Positions 24,889 to 38,293 of a stretch of DNA of 64,000 nucleotides are shown here, piece by piece. Both the position numbers and the translations under genes were made by a program. The notes under the pieces were generated by a model. The model was given only the letters and a program-made list of their open reading frames with translations. It searched no databases and was not told where the DNA came from. The first letter of the stretch is position 1. The number at the start of each line of letters is the position of its first letter. The stretch is from assembly GCA_016748015.1 (NCBI GenBank), contig JAAOMT010000040.1, forward strand, positions 750,754 through 814,753, in the 5' to 3' direction. Source of the stretch: Geosiphon pyriformis uo1 (taxonomy: Eukaryota; Fungi; Glomeromycota).

Positions 24889-27023
24889 TCAAGGGATATA
24901 AGGTATATTAAAAAGGGTTGGTCCGGGTCTGCTTTGATCTAAAGGCCCAAGAATTTTGACCGATGGCAGTTCAGAAAGCTGTAAATTAGTTAAGGGAGGA
25001 TTTAGATTAGATGGCGCCTTTTTCATTTCAGATATTGGTGCTGGCGTTGGCGGGAGAGGTCGAGGAAGTAATCCAGAATTTGAGGGAATATCCCGTTTTA
25101 AAATTTCATGAGGCTGAGGTTGCTTTTTACGTTTGTAAAATAAGATGATCCCGGAGATTACGATGATACCAACCAAACTACCACAAACTCCTCCAACAAT
25201 TTTTAAAACATTGGGATGACTCGAGTCGTCTATTATAAGAGAATCCACCCACGTCATATCAGCAGTGTTGAATATCCTTATAAGTTTTTTATCTTCTTGA
25301 GTAATTAGTTGTCGGGTACCATTTTTATATGTTGCGCCTATAAAATTTTTATTTAATCAAAATCCATTTCGGATAATAGAATTCAAATGTTAAAGTTATT
25401 TTTTCATCTTACCGAAAGCCACAATCATATAATGCCTTATCAGTGTTGCGGTGTGGCCGAAGGGAATTAGAGTTTCCACTCCAACTTGATTCGGAAGGCT
25501 TATTGTTTCCCAACGCCACTCTTTTTCTTCCATATGCAAAACAACAAGTGCTTTTTCTATTTTTTCATTTTTTTGTTCATCTTCCCCACCATATATAATA
25601 ATTTTTTTATCAACTAAAAATATATTTTAAATAAAGATTAGAAAGTCAATTGTTTGTGAAAAATACTTTGACGAGAAANNNNNNNNNNNNNNNNNNNNNN
25701 NNNNNNNNNNNNNNNNNNNNNNNNNNNNNNNNNNNNNNNNNNNNNNNNNNNNNNNNNNNNNNNNNNNNNNNNNNNNNNNNNNNNNNNNNNNNNNNNNNNN
25801 NNNNNNNNNNNNNNNNNNNNNNNNNNNNNAAATTCCTTGAATTAGAAGTAATCCTTAATAAAAAAGAATAACAAACTTTAACTTACTATATTTATATTAG
25901 CGAGTCCATTTTGATTTTTTCCCCCAATTATTATAATTTTATCCTCCACAAAAGTAGCAGTATGTTCAGATCGAGCAAATAGTTCATTACCATTAGAGCA
26001 TTGCGTCATTTCACTTCCCTTTTTCCAGTCTTGAAACTCATTGTCAGAGAGGGTGTTTTTATAGATCAATCCATCAATTGGAGGAGACTCTTTTTGGGAA
26101 ACTCCACCAAAAAGAAAAATTTCCTTAGATGATAACGACTTTACTACAGTTAAACCAACACGAGCATTGGGAGCATTGGAATTTAATGTAGCATTGGAAG
26201 CATTGGAACTTTGTGGACTTGGTTGAGCAGTGGAACTTTGTGAACTTGTTTGAGCAATGGAACCTGGTCGAGCATTGGGTTCATTGGGAGTACTGGAACT
26301 TGATTGAGCAGTGGAACTTTGTGAACTTGTTTGAGCAACGGAACCTGGTTGAGCATTGGGTTCATTGGGAGTACTGGAACTTGATTGAGCAGTGGAATTT
26401 ATTGAAGAAGTGGAACTTGATGAACTTAATTGAGGAGTGGGATTTTGTGGATCAGTGGAATTTTGTGGATCAGTGGAATTTTGTGAAAGATTGTAAACTA
26501 GCAGAGCACTTCTTTTGTCTAATTTTAAAGAACTTGGATTAAACTTGAAAATTCCGTCATTTACATTCTATTTTTTGAAAAAAATTGAAAATTGATTTAA
26601 AAGTAGAAGGATTCAAAATTAATGTGTTTTAAAGACCTGTTGTTGCGTTAACCCTCCAAAAAAATAGATATCCTTTTCATCCGTAACCGTTGCTGCAGAA
26701 AAAAGGCCAATATTCAGAACGGTTTTAATTGAAACGTCCGAGATTGAGTAAAATTCAGGTGAAGTCGAATTCACAATTTTTGAAAAATCAAGACAGAAAA
26801 CATCGGAAGAAATAGTTATATTATATAGCTCTATAGTTAATTTCCTTGTATCATTAGATCCTCCAAAGAAACAGATTTTGTTGCCTATATCAGTCGCTGT
26901 ATGTCCATATCTTGGCAGGTTTAATTGTTTACTTACTATGAAATTTGATGAAACCAAAAATGAACATATCAAAGTATAATATATTATAAAAGATAAGAGC
27001 AAATTTTTGAAAATAAAAAACAT
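24889..27023 (-). CDS. kelch-repeat (beta-propeller) type-I membrane protein 1 with Ser/Thr/Pro/Gln/Asn-rich insert
   Basis: Signal peptide; PRYGHTA, ICFFGG, IFLFGG, RSEHTAT, IIIYGG, PFGHTAT..MIVAFG; TM IVGGVCGSLVGIIVISGIILFY then KRKK; exon ~26567-25887 is fully open; spans N gap. Confidence 0.85.
25679..25828. other. assembly gap (N run) inside kelch gene 1
   Basis: run of n characters. Confidence 1.
26190..26485 (-). repeat. coding tandem repeats: 81-bp (27-aa) unit about 2.3 copies plus 18-bp (QNSTDP) unit about 3 copies
   Basis: gagcagtggaactttgtgaacttgtttgagcaa at 26225 and 26306; ttttgtggatcagtggaa repeated at ~26443-26485. Confidence 0.9.
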
Positions 27024-27349
27024 TTCCAATTATTTTTGAATTCAAAAATTATTAAGATGAAAAATCTTCAATAAAATATATATAATTTTTATTGAGCCGA
27101 AGATTGGGCAAATTAACTCTTCAGAGCAAGCTTTAGTTTTAAGATGAATTAATGAATGGCACAATTCAAGTAGTGGGCCTGTGTCACTTCTAAATTAGGA
27201 ATAAAACTCTTTGTAATTTCAAATGCAACTACTTGCCATTGTTGACGTTGTATGCGTCTCACTTTTTTTTTAAATGTACAAACATTAAAAATTGCATCAT
27301 GAATGCATGACCAATGAGACATTGATTATTTTACAAAATAAAAATTTAT

Positions 27350-28750
27350 TCAAAACATTGGTCAGTTTCTTAAAATATCATTTAAAAGTACAGGTCCAGG
27401 CAATCAGAATATGTTTCGATTGATATAGAATTTGTTACCGTTCTATGAAACAGTTCTTGATCTTCATTTCGCCTTCTTCTTTTATAGAGAAAATTGTCAC
27501 CAAAATTCTCAAAATAGCTCCAATATTTAAATTTTTAGGCTTTGAAGTATTAGGACTTGTTTTCGGATTTTCTTTTTCTTCTTTTAGTTTTTCTTGCTTT
27601 CTTTTTTCGACTCATTTCAGATTTTCTATCATTTTTAATTTGATTTATCTTTAGCATCTAAAATTTTCAATAAAGCAAAATATCTATTCCGAAAATATCT
27701 TGTTTGAAAAAATAGTTAAAATTTTGCCTTATTAAATAGAAACTAAACAAATTAAATGTAATAATCATAAAATCATAGTATAAAATGGTCGAGTGTCGAT
27801 AATAAAAAATGGGTCTGAACGAATATTGGTTCAAAAACAATAATTTCTTTTGTATTACTTACTTTTTAAAGAGAATTATTCATCTGATGATCAAAAAAAA
27901 TCTATTCTCAGAGTAAAATTACAAATTGCGGTGTGATCTTTTCGTCCTGGTACATGTATATCATTAATATGGAAAGCAACAATTAGTCATTGGTTTAAAT
28001 TTATTCAAAATATTTTTAACTCGAAAATTAAGAACTTATTATAAATGACTTCAAGTTCCAAACTTATTCATTTGATTAACCTTATTCATAGGAATATATT
28101 GGGCCTGATGAACCTACAATAAAGACGAGAAGCCCATTTTTATGTATGACCAAATATAGGTTAAGTAAATCAGGCAGTGGAGTTACTTGTCATTTGCTGG
28201 ATTCGTAGTCTCAACTTTCCCATCTTTTGAACCCTCAAAATAATAAATGTCGCCAGATTTATATTCAATGGGTAATTTTTGACCAGAAAATTTGAGGTGA
28301 TTTAGGATCCCGAGTTTTTATCAAGATTATAGATCTATACTTTATCTGATAGCTTCGGCTTGAATGAATCAACAGAATGATAATCAATTAAGAGATATCT
28401 TTTTGAAGAAACTGCAATTGACACAATTGATTCGTTGGCTTCATATATCGTTGCCGTTATTATCTACTTCACCAAAGACATATAATTCATATTTTATCCC
28501 AGCCCATATAAGTGGTGCCTTACTGCTTAGCTTCATAAAGCTTGGATTATAAGTTGCATTATTGGAAAGCTTTAATGACCATAATTCTTAATAAAATTTT
28601 TGGCCCTAAGAAATATATCGAGGAATCATTTAGGACGACACATTTTACATAACGACTTTTTGGCTTAACTTGTGCAATTAATAAATTAAAATTTAGAAGA
28701 AGTAAATACAGAAAGAATTGGATTTTTTTTAAAGATATTATATTTTGCAT
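27350..28750 (-). pseudogene. decayed third kelch-repeat membrane protein paralogue
   Basis: Signal peptide MQNIISL..FFLYLLLLNFNLLIAQ, SIYFLG, ELYVFG, HVPGRKDHTAI followed by GT donor, YYRHSTILYYDFMIITF, degenerate TM LNIGAIL; multiple stops/frameshifts. Confidence 0.65.
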
Positions 28751-29033
28751 TGCGACAGCAAAAATACTCAGTGTCTCAAAAGTTTTGTGGCATCAAAGAT
28801 CCCCTTTTTCGTGAAGTAATACAAACAAACAGCTATATTTACAGAGCTACAGATCCAAATCTGGATATGTTAACGAACCTCGAACCATTTTTATCGATAA
28901 AGCCAAAAAATTAGAAATCTTTCGACATTTGAGCTACTTCAGATAAGGATTAGGTGGTGAAATTTCGCTCCCGGAAATCTTATTGATAAACACAAAAAAA
29001 CTTTTACTTTTCCCGTGCATCGATAGTATCACC

Positions 29034-31120
29034 ATGAAATACTCGGTCGTTAAATATATATTTAGAGTTTTTTTTCTTTGTAGTTTTTTTTTATTAGCAT
29101 TTTTTTCAACCATTATTTCAGCATTATGGCCAATTCCTCAAAAATGGGCCAAAGGCGAAACTACATTAAAAATCTATCCTAGCCTGAAAATATCCACCAA
29201 CCGAATCTCTAATAAATTCATCCAACAAACGATTCACTCAGCTACGCAGCGCTTTCAGTCATTTCTCGCCAATGAAAAATTTATACCTCCAAATCAACAA
29301 TTTCCTGCTCCCAATTCATCAACGAAAATAATTCAATCTCTCATCATAGAACTCGTTACAGAAAATATAGATCTTTCTTTAGATGTTGATGAATCTTATG
29401 ATTTATGGATTCCAAATACTGCTCCTTTATTTCTTTCAATTAGGGCTCATCTCAAAGCGAAAACAGTTTATGGGGTTCTTCATGGATTGACCACATTTTC
29501 TCAGTTGGTATATCAAAATAAATTGCAAACTGATGACTCGTTGGTGGTCCCGTTTACTCCGCATCGTATCATCGACTATCCTATATACCGACATCGTGGT
29601 CTACTTTTGGATACTTCGAGAAATTTTTATCCCGTAGAAGATTTGTTACGAACACTTGATGCGATGAGTTGGACGAAATTTAATGTATTTCATTGGCACA
29701 TTGTTGATCAACATAGCTGGCCAGTTGCTAGTGAAGTCTTTCCTGAATTAAGTGGAAAAGGTGCATATGATCCGAAAACTATGATTTACACAAAACAAGA
29801 TATTGAAACTATTGTCCATTATGCGGCTCAGGTAGGCGAAGGCTTCAAGGGAAGATTCCATTATGAGATCATTACTCGCTTTTTAAACGATTGTACCTGT
29901 AGAGAGGCATTCGCATCATTCCCGAGTTTGATATGCCTGGCCATACCGCATCGATAGCACCGAGTCACCCAGAAATGTAAAAATCTCCCGAAATTTGATA
30001 CTTGTATTTATTGAAAAATCTTCATTTTTGTGATACCAATCATTTCGACTTAGAATATCATGTCACAATGCTCAACCTAATTGGAATGATGTAAAGTATT
30101 TTTGACGATTATTAGTATTTTCTTGGGCGTTCAATCTTATACTTTTTATCTGTCCATTTTTTAATAATAGTTTGCATATGAGCCTCCAAGTGGCCAACTT
30201 GATCCAACGCTACCCGAAACCTACCAATTCATTGACTCTCTAATCACAGAAATGACAAGTTGGTTCCCTGACAAAGTTTTCCATGGCGGTGGTGACGAGA
30301 TTAATTTGCGCTGTTGGAATGCATCTGCACATATTCGAGAATATGTCGCCAAAGATTCTTCGTTTAATCTCGATAGCCTAATTCAACAATTTGTTCAGAA
30401 GCAACATGATATAATAATACGACAGGATAAAATTCCAATGGCATGGCAAGAGCTTGTGATTGATCAAAGTTTGCAGCTTGAAAAGCAAGTAATAATTCAA
30501 GTTTGGAATGGGGAAGATAATGTGAAACGAGTTGTTGAGGCTGGACATAAGGTGGTGACTGGTCCTGCTCGGTATTGGTATCTGGATTGTGGACATGGAA
30601 GTTGGTTGGGTAATAATATAGAGGGTCAGAGTTGGTATGTTTCTTCGACTAGTATTCATTTCTGTTTTGCACGAATTTTTCACTCATTCAGACTTATTTC
30701 AAAAGGTGTGGAAATTTTAAAACGTGGCAATGGATGTACACCTACAACCCTAGGAACGGGCTAAACGAAGAACAAAAAGAACTAGTAATTGGAGGTAATT
30801 GTGTTATACTGCATTATTATATGATAGAAATTGGCTCAAAAATTGATTAAGCTCTATTTGAAATTCTATCAGGTGAAGTTCTCCTATGGAGTGAACAAGT
30901 CGATCCAACGAATTTCGAGCCGACTTTGTGGCCACGTGCAGCAACTGTTGCAGAGGTTTTATGGTCAGGAAACTACGATCTTAGCGGAAGTCCTCGCAAG
31001 GTAACTGAAGCTTTGCCACGAATAACCGAGCTGAGATTCAGGATGGTCAGTAGAGGGATCCGTGCCGAACCATTGCAACCTTTGTGGTGCGCTCGTACTG
31101 GAACTTGCGATCGCCTCTGA
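29034..31120 (+). CDS. GH20 beta-N-acetylhexosaminidase (secreted, about 6 exons)
   Basis: ALWPIP, DESYDL, HRGLLLDTSRNF, KFNVFHWHIVD, RGIRIIPEFDMPGH, catalytic FHGGGDE, WYLDCG, GGEVLLWSEQ, LWPRAA. Confidence 0.95.
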
Positions 31121-33992
31121 CCGTTGAAATAAATAATTTTTGCCATTTATAATAAGAATTTAAAAGCATCCTTTTGTTACAGCAATTAAACAAAAATGCA
31201 TTACGAAATGAATTCAAAATCTTTTTATTTATGCATAAAAAATTTACAGTGAAAATACATCAAAATAGAAATCAATATTCAGAATAATTTATTTTAATGA
31301 AATTAAACGGCTTCGTTTCAAAAATTGTTGCTTGAAATTTTTAATAATTGTTCGTGTATAAGAATCATTTGGATCAAAAAACATTTGACAATATCTTTTT
31401 ATTTTATCACAAATTAGAAGTACAAGTATTTTGAAAATAATGCATATGTATCAAAAAGTATTCTTAATTAAAGTTATTTATGAAAAAAATCTGTTTTCAT
31501 TATAGCATTCAAAATTAAGCCTATTATTTTTTTTTAAATCTTACGTTAGTCTATGAAGAAAAATTTTTCATTGAATTTTTTAAATAACTAATTTGACTCT
31601 CATAATTCTTAATTGGATAAAATATCTTAAAGTAATACTAAAAGCTACTTTATTGAAGACTTACAATAGATTTAGATAACTCAATAATAAATTTTTTGAC
31701 TGAGAAACATATAAATCAAAATTTTATCCAAAAGAAATCTTTTTAGCATCTGAATTAAATTATATATTTTTGCCAAAAAAAATTTAATTATTCATAATAA
31801 ATGCCAAGATATTTAGAGATATATGAATAGTGAAAAGCTAACAAGAAATTTAAGCTCTCGTTACTTATTTAATTCTTTGAAATAAAAATTTAGTTATTTT
31901 GTTGACATTGTGATTTTTTTTAAGCAGATTAAAGAAATAGGCTTAACCCAATTTTGCTAGTGTTTTTTTCTTAAAACCTCTCGCATGTATCGAAAAGCCG
32001 CTTCATGTAATGAATCAAATTCAGAAAGTTTTAAAAAAAACCATTTGAAATTGTTATCGAACTTGTTGATGAGTAAAACGCTTTGAGATAAAAGATGATT
32101 CTAAAATTTTTCGAAAAAATTTTCATTTAGAAATATTTATTTGGCTTAATTGAGTGAATATTTTCAATAGTTGAAGTCAAAATCTTGAATTTAAATTGTT
32201 AAACCTGTTTAAACGTGTAAACACAAGAAAATTAATTACATGCGGATGAATTTCTGTATGACCCTGGGAAAAATCCATTAAACTCATTTTCATTAAACCC
32301 CTGCAATTTCGGCAGTTGTACGCTTCAAATCTCTTTATGTTCCACACCAGCTACAAGTCTTAAATGTGTAAGTCTCATTTTGGATGGCAACCCGGACTCA
32401 TAACTCTTCGACTTTGGCGATCAGACGTTGACAGAAACATTAATGTGCCCAGGAGAGCATTTCACAATTCATCATGTTTGTTACTTCAAACTGCAAGACG
32501 ATAATTGGATCAAACTTTCAAATGGAAAATACGATCGCCTTTCTGCAAATTTTACTTTGTAAATGCACAATTTTGTCTTTCACCCATACCATGGAATACT
32601 ACTAAGCGAATGTTATAGAACGCCGAGATCACTAAAAATTGCTTGGATACAGTTGTTTGCTTGGGTTTAATGGATTTGTCTTTCGGTTTGATAGACCAAG
32701 GAAAACATTCGTTTTTTAGTCTTTCGAGAAGATGCAAGCTTAGGTTCAAATGCTATTTTATAGGATTATGACCACTCATTTTTTTGTAGTTACTGTCAAA
32801 GCATAAAATCCACAGCATGAATTTATCTTTATTATTAAAAATAAGGTTTATATTAAAAAGTTACATTTAAAAATTGTTTCTTTTAAGAGACTAAAATCTT
32901 TACCTTGTGCTAATGTGCATAGGCGTGCATTGACAAATGTGAAGATACGAAACATTAAAAAATTCCACAATAATAATTGAAAATTCTGGGTACAAATCAT
33001 AATAGTTTATGTGACTGTAAAGAAAAATGATATGTTAATATCTTTTGTTATCACTGTATATCGCGCACTACTTTTTATGATGGTTGTGTCTTGCATTAGC
33101 TGCTTACCGTCATTCGCATTCTGCAAATGAAGACAGTGTTGTTGGCGAGAATATTTTGTGTTTGTCCAAGGTTTAATTGTCGAAAAGAACCCCGAGTTTT
33201 GAAATATAGAGGAGGTGGAAGGCAAAGTGGCAGATACGATCATAATGATAACCATAATACCTGAGATCTGAAATTGACACATAAGCCGATATCGCTGAGC
33301 CCTTTTGTCACTTGAGATTCTTTTTTTTGCTTTGCACTATAACTGCGGGGTAAAAGTAGCCCCTCTTGTTAACTAAAGTAATGGTTGTAGTGACGGCTGC
33401 ATTTTGGAAAGTTGTTCAGAAAAATGAGAAGGAAAAAGTTGAGATGACAAAAAGAGTGGGGCACTTATTGTCAAGATTTCAAAGTATTTTATACAGAAGC
33501 AAACAATTTTCAGCAGCCTCAATTCAGGAATGACACATAAGATGACTGACCATAATCAATAAGGCCATTATTTTAGGAGTCATTCCCAAAGATATTGATT
33601 GTGTTCAAAATCATTAAAAATACTTGAGATTTGAATTTGCAAAAAAATATAATAGAACAATTAGAAATTTGTACATGTACATCATTTGATAATATTTTAA
33701 TTTTAGAATTTATTTTCATAGAATGTGTTTCTAATTAAAAAGTGATAATCTATTTTCGTTACACTTGAACAAAATGTAGTGTTCATGTATTGTGAGGGGT
33801 TAACACAAACACCTAAAAATTTAAATTCGATTCCTCACCCCGGAAAATTATCGGCAAATACATGCTGTAGTGTACTAAAAAGTAATAATCCACCGGTGGC
33901 AGTTTCTAGTTCTCCGACAAAGAACACTCAAAAGCCCTTTTCATTGCTTCTTTTTTTTCGGTATTTTTAACGAAATTTAAAAATATTATATT

Positions 33993-35248
33993 ATGTCATC
34001 CGCTCCTGGAGTTTATCAGCCATATAGTCCTCTGAATAAAAATTCGCTTGAGTCAGAATCACAAAATTTACGTCATGTTTCCTTGCCCGCTCCTCCACAA
34101 AATAACAATAATGATCATTCACAAAGAAGCAGTTATCAGAATCTTAAAGAAGAAATTCAAAAATTGCAACAAGAAAATGAACGTCTCAAACAAGAAAACG
34201 AACGGTTGACCATGCAAATAATCACTCAACAACATTTCGGTAATGCCCTCAATACTGGCTGGAGTGATGATGACATATATAACTCCGTTAATTTGCGTGC
34301 TGATATTGCGAAACTTGGCGACTCCCTTAACTATATTACAAGTCTCAAATTCAAAAATGAAATTGTAATCAATAAACCAAATGCGTTACAATTGATGACA
34401 AAATATAAATGTCGAAGTGCTGAATCCATGAAACATGCGCATGAAGATGTTGATATTTTCAATACCAATTTACCTACTGGTATTGACTTAAAGCAAGTAT
34501 TGAAAGCAGCTCTTCAACGCCATCTCGTAGAATCCATTTTAGATCTAATTAAGGTTTATCTCGAGGCTGCTTTGAAGCGCACTGAAAATATCACTGATGA
34601 ACATGCCTTGGAAGCACACATTATCAAACTTACGAATGATTTAATAATTCGTATGACTGATCTTAGCATATTTCGTATTGGAAATGACGACCTTACGAAG
34701 AAATTGCCTGTGAAATTGCGTCAACAAATTGCAGCCTCTTTGGGAGCTAGAGCCTTTATTCAAAATGATAATAAAAATCCCTTTTTAGAAAAATCCACCG
34801 CTAAAGTTATAAATCTCCTGAATGAATGTCGAACGATTAATAATGTTCAAAAGAACCAAGATATTGCTACCAAAGCTCGAGCAGTTGTTGTTGAGGTTAT
34901 TCGTGTGTTTTATTTTGCCTTGTATACTCAAGATCCCGTACCAGATATGATTTTTTACGAAGCTGGAGATCCAGTTAATTTTGAATTGATGGAGGGTGCA
35001 TTTGATCCTAACGAGATTGAGAATCTGGAGGTAATTGATCTCTTATTTTTCATTTTCGTGAAATCAGCGATCAGCTCTAACACAGCATCATTCTTTATTA
35101 GGTGGAAGTTTGTTATTTTCCAGTGATTGGGACGGATCTCAACAATTCTGAACGGAAGTTATTCAGGAAAGCTCAAGTGCTCACTGTTCAGAAAGCGTCT
35201 CGTCAAAATCTTGCCACTGTTTCATCTAGAAAAAAATCGAATGTTTAA
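33993..35248 (+). CDS. uncharacterised coiled-coil protein with conserved C-terminal MEG...VEVCYFPVIG...KAQV domain (2 exons)
   Basis: Long ORF 33993-35030, GT..AG intron to 35101, exon 2 VEVCYFPVIGTDLNNSERKLFRKAQVL; heptad LQQENERLKQENERL. Confidence 0.8.
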
Positions 35249-36348
35249 AGATCAAAATTTCAGAGGTTTAATGAAAAATAAATTATTTAAATATTGCTAG
35301 CTTTACATATATACTATATAAAAATAATTAAACTTGTCAAGGATCTCAATTTTTAAGAATTTGAACGCTCAAAGTATGAAAAATTTGATCTCTAAATCTG
35401 TTTTCCAAATTCCCTTTTCACCAAGTAAGATACAGGATCCAAAATAAAAGGAATAGGCATGATTTAAGGTCATAAAGAATTCCAAGATTTAGATTAATAA
35501 TTGAGATAAGTAAAAGGAATTTTCGAATGCAAACTTTTTTTATAAAAAGTTTTTATTATTATTGACAAAATAAAGGGAAAGAAGTAATGTAACTTTAAAT
35601 GCCAAGCTAAAAAGTCTCAGGTAATGAACTCTAGCTCGTAATAATTTGACTCAATTCAATTTTCGTAATAAAAATTAATGTTGAAATTTCTGTCACGAAT
35701 AAGAAATTAATATTCAAAAAAATTTGGTAACATGAACATACTTAAGATTTTAATACCGCAAGCTAAATATTTCAAGTTTTATGATTAATGCTTTTAACAG
35801 TTTCTTGTTTTAATTCGAAATCTCAAGGTTTTCATTTCACTGACGAGAGAATTAGATTCCAAAAGTAAAATTTCCTATGCACATCTTTGAAACAGAGAAT
35901 TTAGTTAGGTCACAACAATTATCTCAAATCGTTTAGTTTGCCAAAAATTTTTAATCGTATAGGCCAAACAACAAACTGAGAAGCTCAAGAATATAAAGAC
36001 CATCAATTTTTTAGAAAAAGTTTGAATAATTTTCTAAATCAAAAAATATTTTCACTCTTATAGAGTAAAAAATTGTTCGAAAATACAGTTGAACTTAATT
36101 AAATATCTAAACTTTCCTTCCTCATTTTAAATGATTTGATTAAAATATTTAAATTGAGGAAGAAAGGTTTAGTTTAAACTTGTTATCTTAAGATCATATA
36201 TTGGACGAACTTTGAAAACTTGGGAAATCAAATTTCTTAAAAAGGGAGTTAAATATAAATCCTGTTATTTTGTTTAATATCGAATTAAAACAAATTCATT
36301 TTGTAAAAGAATAAAAGATCAATAGTCATGTAATTGATTAATTCAATT

Positions 36349-38293
36349 TTATGTTAATGGAAAGCTGGACTTTGATCCAAATAAGGGGATTTGAAAAAGG
36401 ATAGGAGCAGAACTGGAATCCAAAGGTGGACGGGATTGTACGGATGGAAAATCTGATATATGCAAATTTGTCAAAGAGGGATTTAAAGAATTCAAACCTT
36501 CTGGTTTGTCAGGGATAAATGCAGATACTCTTGGCAATGGAGGTAAATATGGTGGCGATGATAGAGTTCGTGGTTTTACAAGTGTATCTTGATGAATTTG
36601 TGAGATTTTTGTACCTTGAGAACGTTTATTTCTATATAGAAACAGCCCTATTCCAGCTATGAGACCGAGGAAAACGAGTCCACTAATTGTTCCACCAACG
36701 ATTGCCTTTGACTTTTTATTGCTACCTAATTTGGCTTGCTGATCGTTTTTTTGGCTACCTAATTTAGGATCGCCTGGACTCTCTGCGAATCCCTCAGAGT
36801 TATTATCCGACCTCATGAGCCATTCAAAGTTGCCATCATTTGTATTAAGAATGGTAATTTTTTGTGAAACATTTGTTCGGCCGGATTCTTTTTCGATACC
36901 TAAATATTTTCGAAGGATAATTAAATTTATTAATGGCCTAAACCTAGATAAAAAATAAAAACAATAAGATATTATACCAAAAGCTATAATCATATAATTT
37001 TTAAACATTGTGGCAGTATGGTAAAAAGGTACAGGTATAGGTTGAGATTTCACTGAAATTTTAGTCCACGTCCAATTTTTTGTATCGAGGATAACCAAGG
37101 GGTCCGATAGTTCCTGATCTGAATTACCACCATATACAATTATTCTCTCATCCGACGCTGGGATAGAAAATTTGTTAAAAGAAAAAATTGAAATTAAAAT
37201 AAGAAAGAGATTCATAGTACGCAACTAAAAAATTTTTTGAGTTGAATTGATGAAACTCCACCTAAGACTGCTGTATGGCCACCACGATTTTTCGGTTTAT
37301 AATTCCCCCGAATCTCCTTAAATAAGAGAGCAAAGTATAAAACATTGCTTCCTATGAAAAACTGATCCTATAATAAAAATTAGCAACCTACTTGCTTTTT
37401 CCAAGTCGAATTATTTATGTTAAATATATGGATCTATTTTTAAAATTGAAAATTGAATATGAGATCGGGAAACGATGAAAAAAAACTTAAAATTTTCGTT
37501 TTACTTACCTCATTCATTGAATATTTCCCTCCAATGAAAACAATTCTATTATTATCTTTTAAAAAGGTAGCCGTATGATCATAAAATGATTGCAAATTAA
37601 ATAATTGCCCATAAGGTGGTTGCACATAAAACCAATTTTGCTTCTCATTATAAAAAATGATATTTTTTGAATTCCGAAATTGTTCGTCCAGGGTGTCAGG
37701 TTCCTTTTGAGGAGTCCGGAAACAATAGATATATTCTCCAGCGTCTATGACAAGTGGAAATCGTCGACGAATATACGGTGAACACGGTTTTATATCTGAA
37801 ACGCCCCACTGTGGATTTTCACTTTGTAATTGAAATTCAAAGATATTTTCGTTGTGGGTATATGACTGTGAATTCGTTGATGATTTTTTATTCTAAATCA
37901 AAAAAATTTGAGAATTTTATGACAATAAAAATTCAAGGTTGAACCTTTTATGCATATACTTACCGTTAAACCACTAAGAATTATAATCCTTTTATCAGAA
38001 GTAACAACGGTAGTAGCCCATATAATTCCACTAGCTGACGAACCAGTAACATCTAAATTTGGAAGCGTCTCATATTTCGGTGAGCTTATACTGAAATTAT
38101 TTGTAGAATTGAAACCGTTTGCGGGAAGATCAAGGGAAAAAAAATCACTAAAGATTTTTTTTCCATCAACTCCACCAATAAAATATAATTTCTCGCCGAC
38201 GAGGACAGCAGAATGGCCGTATCGTGGCAGAGAATAGGCATTGATAATTTCAAAAGATATTATAATTGTATAAATTAAAAAAGGAAAAAACAT
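36349..38293 (-). CDS. kelch-repeat type-I membrane protein 2 (about 6 exons)
   Basis: Signal peptide; PRYGHSAVLVGEKLYFIGG, YDHTAT..IVFIGG, NRGGHTAVL, IIVYGG, PFYHTAT..MIIAFG; TM IVGGTISGLVFLGLIAGIGLFLY; Pro-rich tail. Confidence 0.9.

Noticed and set aside
26213-26542. 109-aa Trp-rich repeat ORF on plus strand (EQWNFV...) and 60-aa minus ORF 26183-26365
   Set aside because: Shadow frames of the tandem repeat; the true frame is the open kelch exon on the minus strand
28983-29033. TTG-initiated N-terminal extension of GH20
   Set aside because: ATG at 29034 (ACCATG context) directly precedes a good signal peptide
32250-33400. Higher-GC patches with broken reading frames
   Set aside because: No recognisable protein motif or consistent frame
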